64,000 nt of DNA from Azolla caroliniana. Taxonomy: Eukaryota; Plantae; Polypodiophyta. The position numbers were made by a program, and so were the translations under genes. The stretch covers positions 19,902,001 to 19,966,000 of the forward strand of contig JBHGNT010000005.1 in the NCBI GenBank assembly GCA_043228905.1, written 5' to 3'. Below the pieces are notes generated by a model. It was given only the letters and a program-made list of their open reading frames with translations, was not told where the DNA came from and ran no database searches. Shown here piece after piece: positions 50,327 to 64,000 of this stretch (position 1 is its first letter; each line of letters opens with the position of its first letter).

Positions 50327-53300
50327 CTCATGTAGTTTTGTTTTTCTCCTCTTTCTCTCTGGATTGTTGTATTTCTCATCTATCGTGATGGCAGTTGAGA
50401 AGATTCCGGAGTGTTTGAAATGCTGAAAATGCTGATTATATATTAAATTGTTGTTTAATTGGACAGGTCAATGGTATGGGTGAGTGAGTGATCGTGTATA
50501 ATATTGACAGGTTGGATTGAAGTGTTTCATGATCATCAATAATTGATGGATAGTCTCACGCACTCCCCGTTACATATTTTTATTTATAATATCAATGTAT
50601 GGTTTCCTCTCAAGCAGCCTAACAAAAAGACGTTTGGAAATATGATGGCAAATTCTGTTGTCTGTTTTAATCTTCACAGCCATTTTCAGGTGGACATTCA
50701 TATCAGACATACATTTGTTTCAGTGTATGTTCATGTTGAAAATGTGCTGGCATTACATGATCTTTACTGATATTGTGTTGAAATTGAATGTAAAGACAAA
50801 CAGTTCAGTTTACATAAGTTTAAGGACCAAGATTTTGGAATGCTTGTTCTTAATGGGATTGATAATGTGGGAAATCCCTCTGGATCATTATTACTTTTAT
50901 AACGACGAAGTGGTAAAGGTGGAATACTTTGTGACTTACCATAATATATCCCACAATTGAAAGTTTTTTTAAAGCAAATGACATAATATTGCCTAGTAAG
51001 TGTTGGATTTATTCTGTGATTAATTGTTTGTCTGAAGATAGACTAAACTGTGAGCCCAAGACCAAGAGGCTTCAGTTGCATTCATAATTCATCCTTCTCA
51101 CTTGAATTACAGAAGTCTGACGTTGTCTCCTTTGTCACTCTTGATCCCACTCATTGAAATTTGGAATAAAATGGTTCTTGTAATTCAGATCATGTTCTTA
51201 AATTAAAAAATTTCCATGAATGGCTCTATATTTTCATTATTTCCCAAAAAACACTTAATTCGAATTTCCTCTTGCTTTGTAGTCAATTCATCTTCTTTTA
51301 CTATCTTCCAACAGTTACTAGTGGCATTTGAGAAATTTCAAGTGTATTTGAGGCAAAAAAGCTTTTCAAGATGTTATTGTTATCCTGATTAGTCACATGC
51401 TTTCTAAGGAGGTAGTGTGATCGAGACAACATGGTATTTTAGAGCTTTTCAAGATATTATTGTAATTGTATTACTTGTACATTGTTAGTTGATATAACAA
51501 ATAACTAGAGTTCATGTAAAGCAAACCATAAACAAAAATATCCAAGATGGTGCTATATACATTTAATATCATGAATCAAAATATAATTATTAAAAAACTA
51601 GTATCTTTAAAGTCAATACCGACATTCTATGTCTTCATGAAATGTCAAGACTCAATAATGGGGGTTCCCTCAATAATAATTACGTCGTTCATTTAAAACC
51701 ATGTATTTTTTACATAGTAACTGAAGGGCCCACTAAGATGCTTGGTTTCCCCATCTACATATTTAGCCAATTCCATGGTTAGGCAAGGATGGTGTGAAAT
51801 GCATCCCACATCACCACATGCCATGGTGAACAATGGAGGATGCCACATGTGGATCGTCCACCCATGGATGGTTGATCACTTCATGTTCAAAACTAGGTGC
51901 CTTGGAAGGAAAACACCCCAATATTTACTAAACTTCTCTCATGGTTTGGTTCCTTAAGATTATTATATGATACAATTTTCATTATCGTCGAGATTCTCAT
52001 AATCGAACTATCCAACTGATTATTTGAATAAAAATGGTAGTGCGAGCTCTGCACATTTGAGTGAAGAAGGAAGTGTCAAGACAAGTGCAAGAGAACGAGA
52101 GAAAATGAAGGGGGATGTGTTTATGTATAGTGCAATGAGTTAATATATAGATATAACTCATGTACAATTATTACAAATGCTGGGTATACAAAGGAACCTT
52201 TGCTTTTACTGAAAAGAAGTTTTGGAGGTAGAGAAAACGAATCTAGAAGTAGCAACACAACTTATCGTCTTCTTATCTTGCAAGATGAGTCTTGAACATT
52301 CCCAAGATATGCTCCCCTTCTCTGCATTTAATGCTAGATGAGCTTCTCACAAAAAATATACTTTCTTTTCTTTTCCAAAGAATCATGGGCGAACACTTGC
52401 CATGAGGGGCACCATTTGTCAAAATGTTTCTATTTTCTATCTACTCCAACATGCTATATAGTAGGTCACATAATACTCCAATCCAATTGATAATGGTACA
52501 TGTTTCATAGAAATGTATGGTGGTTCAAGGTATAATAACTCTTGAGGAATATTAGGTTATTTGTAATAAAGCAATGGATATTTTTCAATTCATTGGTATA
52601 TGTAGTCAAATATTGTTGGCAAAATTCATAATTACAAGAATATGCCTACCTTTAGCTAAACGAATATCATGAATTACAACCTTAATATTTTGATTATTTG
52701 CATATTTATAGTAAATATGGGTTCTTGCCTTTGACACTAACCGAATCATATCAATGCAAGGTACTCGAAATGTATGATATGGGCTTTTCAAAGTGGAAAT
52801 TAGAAAGAATGATCATGCACACGCCAATACTCCGCATGGATCAATAATAATTGCCCACTTTGCAAAAGCAAAAATATGGCAGCTATTGGAGGGAGAGCAA
52901 TATTATTCACATAATGTGAATGACATTCATAAGATAGGTATTGGGATGTGATTGAATTGGGCATCTCTTCTTTGCCTCTCTAGAATACCTCTACATTACT
53001 ATTCACACTTTCATACTACACTTTGAATATATCTCATCTTTTTCATCATAATTTCCATTCAATACTCTCATTACTCTCCACTAATATATTATCTCTACTT
53101 ACCATCTCTCTCCATAGGGATCATTATTCATTGGTTATGCAAATATCAATCCACATTGGGTCCTTTGATCACCAACACATTTGGGCACAAACAACCAAGT
53201 GTAATTACAATGTACGACATGTTACACTTGCTTATATTCAAGCCATATTAGGTAGTACACTTCTGCACAATATGGAGGCTTTGATACTCCCTAATGATTA

Positions 53301-53489
53301 GTGTGTACTAAAAAATGGAATTCATTGTCCATACAGAGTACCTAAATTTGATTATATTATTGTAACATGATGGAAATTAACATGGTACTAAGAATTTGAG
53401 TCCTATGGAAGGGTGAGTTTATCATGACACCAAAATGCTAGTGTATGTGTATGTGTGTGAACATGTTTGTGCTCTTGTGTCTTTTAGCA

Positions 53490-54120
53490 AAATAATCTAC
53501 GATCTCCAAGTCAAACTCAAGATGTAATGGTTCCTACTTTGTGAATCTAAATTGTCTACATAATTGTCAAGTTGAGAGATGAAAGGTCAACAATACACAT
53601 GGAGGATAGGGCAAGTTCTTCTAGGAATCCCATTGCATTACCAAATGTACCTCCTTTTCATCAATTTGAAGGATGACACATACTTGGTTGTTTTAGAACT
53701 TAAATTTGATAAGATGGTAAAGTTTATACATCTTGGCAATTTAGAATAAGTCACAAGAGCATTAGAGGCTAATGAAACAATCTTTCATAGCGAGCACAAG
53801 TGAAGGTACATGGAAATGTAAGTGGAGCTTTCTCGCCCTCTACATGACATATGATATGTGAAGAACTCTTTTGCATGAACACAATAACACATTGTGAGTA
53901 GTGGAACATATGATTCATGTTACGTCAAGGTGGATTGGAAATGGTCGAGGTCCACAATGAGTGGGGAATTATGTGGATGGTTGTCATTTATGCATCACAT
54001 AATTCACTTTATGAATTGAACTTTCACAATGTGTATACTAAATTTTGCCTTTGGAGAGCAAATCTTCTAATGTGGCTTAATCTACCTCATCAACTAGTTA
54101 TTAGATGCTCCTAAAAGAGA
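53490..54120 (+). mobile_element. possible very old copia RT remnant
   Basis: Only faint frameshifted similarity to copia RT/RH motifs. Confidence 0.3.
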
Positions 54121-54651
54121 GGCTTGAGACCTATTAGGTTACATATAGTGTCTTATTAGGTCTCTGCCAACCGAGGCTCTCATATCTTATTCATAATCTA
54201 GGAAAACAAGGTCTTCAATTGGAATTCCATCATCTAGCATAAATTTGGTTTATTATCTATGCAAAATGCTATTTTATTTTATATCATCAATTTTTTGGTC
54301 CCTATTTTGAAAGAGGTGGGCAAGGACCTGACAAGCAAAGATTGATACTTTCAACGTACACTAATGGTGTCTATCATAAGTTGAATAAAGATAAAGCTTG
54401 GTTGATGGCGATGCCAAGCGTTTGACGTAGAATGGCAATCTCGTCCTACATTTGTGCAAAAGGGTTTCTTTAATTCACAATGATGTGGGAGTTTAAAGCA
54501 TTGACAATAAGACAGGAGATAATGGTGATCTAGGAGGATACTAAGTTTAGATACATGCATAGTTGCTAAAGCTGTTTCAATGGTTATGGCATAGATTTGG
54601 ATATCATTATCTCAAATATTGTGGGTTTTCATTCAACAAGCCGATGCATTA

Positions 54652-54751
54652 CCTTCCCCCCTCCATATAAGGAGACATTGGACAATATTAGGCATTGGAA
54701 TCTTCCCCACCATATAAGGCGACATTGGACAATATTAGGCCATTGGAATCT
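54652..54751. repeat. ~50-bp tandem duplication
   Basis: CCATATAAGG(A/C)GACATTGGACAATATTAGGC occurs twice. Confidence 0.85.
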
Positions 54752-55025
54752 CGAGTATAATTGGAGTGCAATGGTACCCAAAGAGTATAGGTATAAACAT
54801 AGATTGATTTGGCAAAACTTTAGCAAGTGAGCTTGACTCGAGCATTGTACCTATAGGAGCTATTCCGTTGAGCCAACCGGACTTAGGGAGCTGTAAACAA
54901 AGATTTGTTCGCCAGTAAAGATTGGCACTAGTTTCACTTCGCCTTGAAGATTGGTGCCTATCGTGGTAGTGCTAGTAGTAGAAGGATCGGGAAATATCGA
55001 TTCTCACTTTGCGCCTCACCATTGA

Positions 55026-55088
<63 letters not shown>

Positions 55089-55205
55089 AAGAACCAGGTA
55101 ACATTCATTATTGATGTGTAGAGTGTCATAGTATGAACTACCATGTGAAAGTGAGAAGTTAGAACTGCCTATGGACCCATAAGAGTATGTATTCATTCTA
55201 TAAGA

Positions 55206-55279
<74 letters not shown>

Positions 55280-55281
55280 CC

Positions 55282-55980
55282 ATGGCTTCTTCAAACAACA
55301 ATGTAAGCTTTGGTACTGTGGTAGTTGAAGATGATCACAATCCATCTATTTCTTCTTCTTCTTCTTCTTCTTCTTCTTCTTCAGATTCTTCTTCTTTGGG
55401 CACAATCCTTCTCTTTCTGTCTCTCTCTGCAGCCTCCATTATCCTCTTCTGCCTCCTCTTCTCTCACATCAGAAGAAGCTTCCGTGGATTCTTTCCTTCT
55501 TCTTCTTCTTCTCCTAATAATAATAATAATAATAATAATCAAATCTACATTTCTTCTTCTAGTTCTTCAACCAATCAAACACCCATTAACCCTATTTCCA
55601 TATATTATACTATCAGACCACCATTTCCGATCGAGAAATGCCCACTTCCTGAACCCAATCCCGGGATTAATCCTCAAATGGGCCCTAATGCTTCTTTCTT
55701 AACACAACCCATTTCTGCTTCTGATCCGTTTCAAGTGGATATAAACTCTAATCGATCGATGAATCACGAATTAGGATCAAATGATGCACCCACGATGACA
55801 AGCAGGGCAAATGGAGCGGAATGCTCGGTTTGTTTGAACACAATCGAAGGAGGCGGAGAAGCAATCAGAGTTCTACCAGGCTGTGATCATAGTTTCCATT
55901 CAAATTGCATCGATCCATGGTTCAAATCTCACAATACTTGCCCTCTGTGTCGCAAAGAGATCATTACCCTCTCCATGTGA
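55282..55980 (+). CDS. ATL-family RING-H2 E3 ubiquitin ligase (232 aa, intronless)
   Basis: N-terminal hydrophobic helix (ILLFLSLSAASIILFCLLF) and RING-H2 CSVC...CDHSFHSNCIDPW...CPLC; (TG)n(GA)n leader. Confidence 0.93.
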   Translation: MASSNNNVSFGTVVVEDDHNPSISSSSSSSSSSSDSSSLGTILLFLSLSAASIILFCLLFSHIRRSFRGFFPSSSSSPNNNNNNNNQIYISSSSSSTNQTPINPISIYYTIRPPFPIEKCPLPEPNPGINPQMGPNASFLTQPISASDPFQVDINSNRSMNHELGSNDAPTMTSRANGAECSVCLNTIEGGGEAIRVLPGCDHSFHSNCIDPWFKSHNTCPLCRKEIITLSM

Positions 55981-56129
55981 ACCAAGAGAGGCTCCCAGAG
56001 AACAAAAAAGCTTCAAAATGAGGATTCAGAAGATACATAAATATATGTATATGTAATTAATCCTTCTACTAGCTCAATCAAACCCATTTGTGTGAATGAA
56101 TGTGTGTGGGGGGTGTGGTCTTCATAGAA

Positions 56130-56625
56130 GAATGAATCTCTTGTTTAGCCCTAGTATCTAGGTATTTAGATAGATATGTATGAATCTCTTGTTTTGGCCT
56201 AGTACCTAGGTGCATACATAGATATGGATGTCTTGTTTTTGGCCTAGTATCTAGGTAGATAGATATATGTACATACATATATATATGAATGTCTTGTTTT
56301 GGCCTAGTACCTAGATACATAGATATGGATGTCTTGTTTTGACCTAGTACCTAGGTACATAGATATGGATGTCTTGTTTTGACCTTGTATCTAGGTAGAT
56401 AGATAGATACATATGAATGTCTTGTTTTGGCCTAGTACCTAGGTACATAGATATGTATGTCTTGTTTTGGGTTGATAGATAGATACATATGAATGTCTTG
56501 TTTTGGCCTAGTACCTAGGTACATAGATATGGATCTCTTGGCCTAGAGTATCTAGGTGCATAGATACATATGAATGTCTTGTGTTGGCCTAGTGTCTAGG
56601 TACACAGAATCTATGGATGTCTTTG
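56130..56625. repeat. minisatellite, ~11 units of 38-50 bp (GTCTTGTTTTGGCCTAGTACCTAGGTACATAGATATG)
   Basis: Seen directly, downstream of the ATL stop codon. Confidence 0.92.
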
Positions 56626-56669
56626 CAATATTGGATGCACCAACTGTGATCTATGATTGAGGAACTAGC

Positions 56670-56742
56670 CTATGGTGGGGATTGAACTCGGGTTTTGTGC
56701 CTTTCAACACTATCATGATGTAAACCACCACGCCAACCGCCA
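56670..56742 (-). other. tRNA-derived SINE-like head
   Basis: Minus-strand A box TGGCGTGGTGG (56725-56735) and B box GAGTTCAATCC (56679-56689), 35 nt apart. Confidence 0.4.
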
Positions 56743-58269
56743 CAAAAGAGAAGAGGTAGAGAAGATTGACGCTTGGTAATGCAATTTGGACTACGAGAGA
56801 AAATCTGGGTAATTCTCTCATCTTCCCACCATTGGGAAACCGGCCCATATGTCCCTCTATCATGACAAGTTTTTCTATCAATGTTATGACCAACCCCATC
56901 CGAATTAGATTGGGGACCAACAATTTCCCTCAACATATGAGGCAACTTGGATACATCTTGCCATATGAGTTTCACATGCGTGAACTCGCCAAGTTCGAGG
57001 CGAGAAATCATTGGTTTTTAGTGAGGAAGGGGCCATACCACTTGTAAAGCTCTTTTGTAGCGCGCTTGATAATGGCAAGACTTGAAGAAGAAGTCGTAGC
57101 TAAATCCACACCAACAACATATTATAGCCCATTCACAAGATACGCATGCATGGGGTTTTACATTATATATTGTTATACGTATCTCGATATCAATGATTGG
57201 TATGTCTAAATGATAGGTCTAGCTCTCATAACTTGTTTTCCAACATTTAAGTTCCCAAATTATCACGTTTTTTGGCACATGATGGTTCGAGTTTCAATTA
57301 TGTATTTCATCAAGGTTGTAAGGTCCTAATTTCTAAACATTGGTAATACATCTACTTGATAATTCTTGTTTTGGCAATGGTTGGATTATTAGTTTTTACA
57401 TTGTATGTTAGTGTATGGATTATATGTGTAATATTTTAATTAGCAATACATTGTACATTTTTTGAGACAATGATATCTTTTCATTTTCTTTGTATCCTTC
57501 TATTATCATTATTGTAAACGCCATTTTCCTACCAACAAACTAAGCTTGGAATCTAAATTTTATTGTTTCCACTCTTTATATTTGAGCAGTATCATTGTTG
57601 TGAAGTCATGTTTCCAAAGCACACTAGAAAAGTTTACTACGAAATGCCCTTAAAACACAAGGTAATGTCAATATTTTACCATGTTACCAAGAAATTGGCA
57701 ATGCCAATGTTCTTTATTTCATTTTTTCATCTTTGTAACACATTACAAGAGAATTTGTGATGCCATTTTCTTAAGAGCGTCATCTTTTGTAGATGCTATC
57801 ATTCGGCAATGTTGGTGTTGTAAAGTCAGTTTTTCAGGATCACACTATTTTGAAATGTAATTGTGCATTTCCTTTCAACCATAGTATCTTGGAGATATTG
57901 TATAGGTGAATGGAAAGGCATGGCCTTCCTTAAAAGGCTTTACGATGAAATATGGATTCACGATTATCAACAATAACAATAAAAGATCCTATCATTTTGC
58001 ACTTTACTCAAATTAGAGATGACAGTTTCTATTTTAAGATATCAATCCATCTAAGAAAGGTGTGGGTGCACCATCAAAGTAGTGGATTTCTCCATATCCA
58101 AATCTAAGCATATAATTTTGACGAGATAAAAGCTTGAAATGGGAGCAATTAAATTTAGGTGTTGGTTAATTGTATCCTTACGACGTTTGAAGGGGATTTG
58201 AATGGTAGTTTTCCTTGTTTATTGTAGGCCAAGAATTCTAGTCTCTATTTTGGGACTACACCCTATGTT

Positions 58270-58365
58270 GGGCAATTGGATAGTGATTATACAAATGATG
58301 AGTAATTGGATAGTGATTATACAAATGATGAGATGATGGCAATTGGATAGTGATTATACAAATGA
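58270..58365. repeat. 3 x ~30-35-bp tandem repeat AATTGGATAGTGATTATACAAATGA
   Basis: Seen directly. Confidence 0.85.
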
Positions 58366-60537
58366 GCACTACCTCTTGTTTTGTGATGTGCTACATGATG
58401 TTGCAATTGTGGAATTTTGCTATGAAGAAGAAGACTTCTTTTTCGTTTTTTGTAGTTCCGGATTACATGAACAATAGTAGGAGGTCGGTATGATCCTATA
58501 AATCCTAATAGGTTGGTTGGGCACCAATTTTTTTTTATTTGGATCAAAAAATTTGCCCAATATTGAATGATACCTTTTTGTTGCTTTGTATCATTGTATT
58601 GTTGAAAAACTTGCGGTGTCGATGTTAGTAATGTCAATGAACTAAAAAAATGGCAATGTCAATATGTTCTAAAGCAAATGTCCCTTTTTGTAATGCAATA
58701 ACGCTATTTTGACCCTATATATTGTTGTATTATGGAAAGAAATATCAATGTCAAATTAATTAAGCCATATTTTTATGGAGCAAAACTACAAGCATTTACA
58801 ATATCAATGTTGTATAAAGCCATTTTTTAGGAGCAAAGTAGGCAATGAAATTTTACACCATCTTAGAAAATCAAGCTAATTTTGGAATGGGATTTATGAT
58901 GTTGGTTCTGCATCATACCTCCATGAGAAAGTTTATTCAAGGCCATTCTAGGCTTTGTGCCTTTGAGGAACTGGTATGAGCTCTCAATGTCTTGGAAGTT
59001 GGGCGCTCCACATAGGTAAGGGACATGGGGCCATCAGTTTGTTCAAAGAAAAATTTCAATGGTTGAAGCAAAGCCAATGGTTAGGTACTCTACGCTTCTC
59101 GAAGTCATAGGTTAATACCTCAAATCCTACACAATGGATAATCAAAGCTTGGTGGAGTGTGCTTGAGTGTTCACATAAACGTGGATCCTCGAGGTATAAA
59201 GAGGATTAAGCTAATGCTCACATAAATGTGGATACTTGAGGTTTAAAGGGGATTAAGCTCGAGTGTCCACACCTATCCTCAACTTCAATACTTGATGCAA
59301 ACAAATTGACCTCATTCTTTCTTCGCCCTCTAAACACAAATACTTCCCAATCAGTGGGACACTAGGTTCCTCAAAATTCAATGTTGCAAGTTTGACTCTA
59401 GTTATTAGCTAAGTTTCCCATTGTTTTATCGTACAATCAATAGTGGTGCTTGGAATCTTGAGCCAAAGATTCCATTGTGATCCTTGTTCAATCAAGGATC
59501 ACATTATCAAAATTGCAAATATTACTTTGTGCTCAACGTTTCAATATAGGAAATAAGGAATATCCTTGTTAGATCACATTAATTTGGGAGAACAAAAGTT
59601 TAAGATACAATCCTCTTTTCAAAATAGTGATAATCCCATTACGTGGGATATGAACAAAGGAAAAGAAGAAAGATTGAGTCAAAGAAATGTTGGGAGAAGA
59701 TTTTGAGTTTCGACAAAGCTGGTAACAATCGGCAAACATGTCACTTTTTTCCATCGTAGCCCACCAATGCACCTCCCAAATCTTTGTCCCATCTCATTTT
59801 GTATGTCAGTGAAGCTTCATAACTTCCCCGCCAATTCCGCAACCCCAACAATGAGTTCTCTTGCTCATTATATGACACTTTGGAGCTTCTCCCTCTTCAT
59901 AAAAATAGCGATGCTTCCTTTATCGTGCATCAAGGCTTTTTCCTTTATCCTGCACCAATTCTTATTCTAGCAAGGGCGCTTAGTGTTGGGCACAATGCTC
60001 ATTGCCATGATCCCATATTCACTTTTCTCGTGCTCACATTTTCCCTTCATTGCCCCTGGGTTACCTAGACTATATCATTCAAGAGGACAACCCTTACCAC
60101 TTGAGCTAACTTCACTCATTGGTATGATTTTCAAATCTCATGATATCTTCTATGGAACTTTGGAATCTTGACCCACTACAAACCTTAAACTTTATCTAAA
60201 ATTCTTCCCTTGCACATGCCACATCACAATAATGTGCAACTCACTTACATGAAATCCCCAACCCACCCTCGCCCCCAACTTCAGGCATGATTATCTTGAT
60301 CACGCCGCATCAATAAACCTTATGAAAAAATGGGCCGATATGCAACAATGAAGAGGGTTGGGGGTTAAAAGAAAGATGTACAATGATTACTTACATAATT
60401 GCCATAGTTGGTAGTTGATTAAGATAATAAACATGGTTAGTTACTTAATTTACAATAAACATGGCTAGTTATTTAATGGCCACGATTAGTAGATGATTGA
60501 GATAATAAACATAGTTAGTTAATTTCCATATGGTTAG

Positions 60538-60994
60538 TAACAATAGGCAATGGTCCAGTTCAGGTTCAAGATTGTTTTAATGGTTGTGTTCGGTTTGGGG
60601 GGGTGAACGGTTAGGTTAGGTTCGGTTTAAACGGTTTGATGGTTTAGGGTTGCCAATTGATTAATTTTTTTTTTTTTTCTAAACAACCTTTTCATTTTAA
60701 AGCCTAATTCTCACATTTTAGGAAAATTCTTTAAAATTTTGAAAAATAAAAAATTCGAAATAATGAAAATTTTTACAAAATAGAAAATAGAAAATTTGAA
60801 ATTTGACCTAACGTGAAAACCGAAACTGCGGGTTTTTAACCGGTTTGGATTTTATTTTGGTAGAGGTTCGGTTTAAACGGTTTCAATTTAAATGGTTTCG
60901 TGGTTCAGATTGATTCAAGTTTCCGAAAACGCTTTAAACGGTTTGGTTTTGACACGCTCGAACCGAACCGAACCGAACCGTTTGCCGATTGTTA
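60538..60994. mobile_element. hAT-type MITE
   Basis: TIRs TAACAAT(A/C)GGCAA; 8-bp TSD ATGGTTAG (60530-60537) / ATAGTTAG (60995-61002); subterminal AACCG/CGGTT repeats. Confidence 0.85.
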
Positions 60995-61035
60995 ATAGTT
61001 AGGAGCTGATCGGCAAGAAGTTTTGGTGGAATTGC

Positions 61036-61103
61036 GAGAACTAACCTCCCCTTCAAAGAAGAAGAAGAAGAAGAAGAAGAAGAAGAAGAAGAAGAAGAAG
61101 AAG
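61036..61103. repeat. (AAG)n microsatellite
   Basis: Seen directly. Confidence 0.95.
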
Positions 61104-61337
61104 GGGAGGGTAGTTTTGGGTATTTTGGAAAACTACGGCCTCTGCTCTTCCTTCTATCTCTCTATCTACGATCTCTGTTTTCCTCCCGAAGCAACGTATC
61201 TTCTTCTTCTCCTCCATCTCCATCTCCATCTTCTTTGGTTTCCTTCTTTCTGCCTCTGGATTTCCTTCTCTCCTCTCCCTCTTCAAACCTCTGCACCAAA
61301 GCTTCAAGTTTTCCAACTCTGAAAGGTACCCTACAAT

Positions 61338-61375
<38 letters not shown>

Positions 61376-61723
61376 TTCTAACTATTTTGTTCGATTCTTC
61401 AATGATTTCATCACAATAAACATGATTAATTACCCTGAAATTCAATGAAGATGGATAGTGGCGCTTGTATATATTCATACATATGCACAGCATACTTGCA
61501 TACAGATACATATCATGATATCTATATCTATACGAATATACCATAGGATTAGATGCTTAATTATTTCATTAATGAAAAATGAAGTGAACTATCACAAACT
61601 GGCCATTGTGTCGTCTTCCGGTTGCCATTTCCTATGCAATTGTAATATATTAATTATTTTGGTAAGTCCACATTCTAAGCATTTGTTTCTATGAAGGTAT
61701 ACATAAAATTGAAGACGTGGGTC

Positions 61724-62393
61724 ATGGCTATGGCTGTCCTGCCTGCACATCCATCAACATCAACATCGTCTTCTTTATGTGTCATGGCTTATTCTGATTC
61801 GCATTTGACATATGCCAGCGATCTTCACTCTGCCCCAAATGAGAAGCTTTGGAACGACATCGATCTTGCTGAAAGGTTCCAAAAAACACTATTTGTTTTG
61901 TGGAAGAATCTAAGGGAAAAAGTGGGATAATACTCTGCAAGTGTTTTTCTTTATTTCCACTAAATGCCCCTGACTTTTGTTTATTTAATCAAGCAAACTC
62001 AGTCAACACACTCTCATGTAATTATATGTGCTTTCATGTGCAACTATATGGTCAATTCATCCCCTTCATCTCTCACCTCGGGAGTTGACCTGGTGCATTT
62101 TGGGAAATAACAAAAAGCTCAGCAACATTCTCGAGATATTCCCAAGGATCAATTGGTTTGAAGCTTGGTGTGTGACATACATTTATTCAATAACTGAGTT
62201 GAGAACCTATTGGATTCTGCAGGTTCTTGGTCAGTTCACAGTTTGATGAAGCAATTGCATTAAGCTCAACTCTTCTACAAAGGTTGAAGGATATACAAGA
62301 AAATTTTGAAGGCATCCAAGATGAGAATGAGGTGGATGACATGATACAATCCTCAGGAATGGTGTTCGTCCAGGCGTACAGTGAGAGTGGCAA
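61724..62393 (+). CDS. APEM9: APEM9/DAYU-like peroxisomal membrane protein, 5' part; exons 61724-61875 and 62223-62393, rest not identified in the window
   Basis: LWNDIDLAERFLVSSQFDEAIALSS...DMIQSSGMVFVQAY closely resembles the Arabidopsis APEM9 N-terminus as recalled; probable 5' UTR exon ~61140-61325. Confidence 0.8.
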
Positions 62394-63099
62394 GTCAGTA
62401 CCTCTATTTTTTTCATTGTGTTCACTGTTTTTATAGATGTTCTCATCTTTATTTCATGCTCTTTGATTTCGTTTTTATTAATTCAAATTGATCTTGATAG
62501 TTTTCTTGTAGTTAAAACCAGTTACAAAATGAATAAGTTCAGGGTATGATTTTTGAAGCACAGTCTTGCCTTTGACTACTCATTTGTCAAGAAGTTATTA
62601 TAGACCTGTCTTATGTGGTCCTCAATTGTTACCTATTTCTCATTTCTATGTAGAGGGCTTTTTATCAGTTCTTATTTTTCCAGGCTAATTTTTATACAAG
62701 CAATAATGCCATTTGAACTCAATTTTCAAGTAATGAATGCAATTTCACTCATAATTCAGAGACACTTGTTTCATTTACTGAGATGTGTTTGCAAAACGAC
62801 AGAACTTAGATAGAATTTCACCTTGTAATGGCTAGTTTTATGTTGCATCCGTTTAGGATGTGCACATGATGTTGATGACTTTGTGATCTGTATACTAAAA
62901 AGGCAATGAAATATACATTTGTAATTTGTATATCTATTGCATATGTGGGTATATACACATATTCTAGACCATATGTGTACCTATATGGCATATAAATGGT
63001 ATATATACGCACACTCTCTTGTTCTATATGCATATACCTATGTATTTGTTTTTTCTATATGTTACCTCTTGCGATTTTTAACTCCTTATATTTATCTTA

Positions 63100-63144
<45 letters not shown>

Positions 63145-64000
63145 ACAGGGTCACATGCACACATACACATACACAACAAAAGTAGATGTAAGGAACACTA
63201 ATATACAAGGGCAGATTTGCCATGGAATATGAGCTTCTATTGATCCCTTTTTTCTTTACGTGTCTGTTTTCTATGTTTAGCATTATTTTATTTGTTATTT
63301 CTGCCTACATGCGTCTTTCATTCTCGCACTAACGCAGGAAAAATTTATAAACCCAAATCAGGTTTAAACTTATAAATGTATATGCTCTTGAGATCCATTT
63401 GATAGGCTACCTAGGAATGGTGGTCACCTTTTGGTTATTAATCCCACATTATGATTACATGTTTGGCTCAAACTTCCTCAAGGATCATTATTATGTATAG
63501 GGTTTCTATGCTATGTAAATTGTCTCCGTGTTCAGAATTAATGCCCATTTTCATAGCGTGTGTTTAATTCTCGGCATGTGTAGTTGCCATGTACAGATCT
63601 CATGACAATGCAAATTGCAATCCTAGTTAGCAAGAAGGAAAATGTTTATATGATTGGTTTTCTGTCATTTTTGTACCGCGTCCTCCAAAGCAAGGTTGTT
63701 GGACAATAGTGCACATGCCACTTCAGGAAATTTTTGGTAACTACAATGACATTAGGTTGTTTAAGAGATGAGGAGATTACTAGAGTCGACCATTTTTTAC
63801 TATCAAGGTAGTCTTCTCTGTTGGTCTCGTCATCTTTCAAACCTTAATATGAAATCTATGAAAAAAATGTGTTTCCTATGTTCCACCTTTTGTTTTTCAT
63901 TCCAAGTCTCACAATCCCCCTTACAATTTACTTGTTTCCTATGTGCTGATAATGATTGGTTATTGTGTCAGAAAGTTTGATAATTGCTGTGGGTATGTGA

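Noticed and set aside
56130-56625. CRISPR-like palindromic repeats
   Set aside because: Intervening sequence is only variable AT/AG microsatellite; an ordinary minisatellite.
58900-60300. Possible decayed gypsy integrase (HWWATM...C..C)
   Set aside because: Too eroded to delimit or support as a feature.
61023-61544. Poly-Lys / poly-Leu ORFs
   Set aside because: Translations of (AAG)n and (CT)n microsatellites.

Overview
Eukaryotic land-plant genomic DNA; the retroelement lineages suggest a non-seed plant such as a fern (inference only). The first ~30 kb is mostly nested, degenerate retroelements. An old L1/Tx1-like LINE (minus strand) is interrupted by a Ty1/copia element (window start to 2786) and a non-chromovirus Ty3/gypsy element (3682-11407). 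A second, TSD-flanked copy of the same copia family (19960-29263) carries a truncated Tcn1-like chromovirus. There is also a lone LTR, a Bianca-type gag remnant and a candidate spliced orphan gene with ~20-aa repeats. The second half holds four host genes on +: an NFD4/nodulin-like MFS transporter, an RPRD1-like CID protein with a U12-type first coding intron, an ATL-type RING-H2 E3 ligase, and the 5' part of an APEM9-like peroxisomal gene. Tandem arrays and a hAT MITE lie among them. The most striking observation is that the gypsy element at 3682-11407 has no polypurine tract and instead has a tRNA-Arg primer-binding-like site just inside BOTH LTRs, on opposite strands, suggesting tRNA priming of both DNA strands. 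The Tcn1-like LTR also carries a tRNA-derived Pol III A/B-box cassette, and both copia copies have a duplicated PPT bracketing a ~200-codon extension of Pol.
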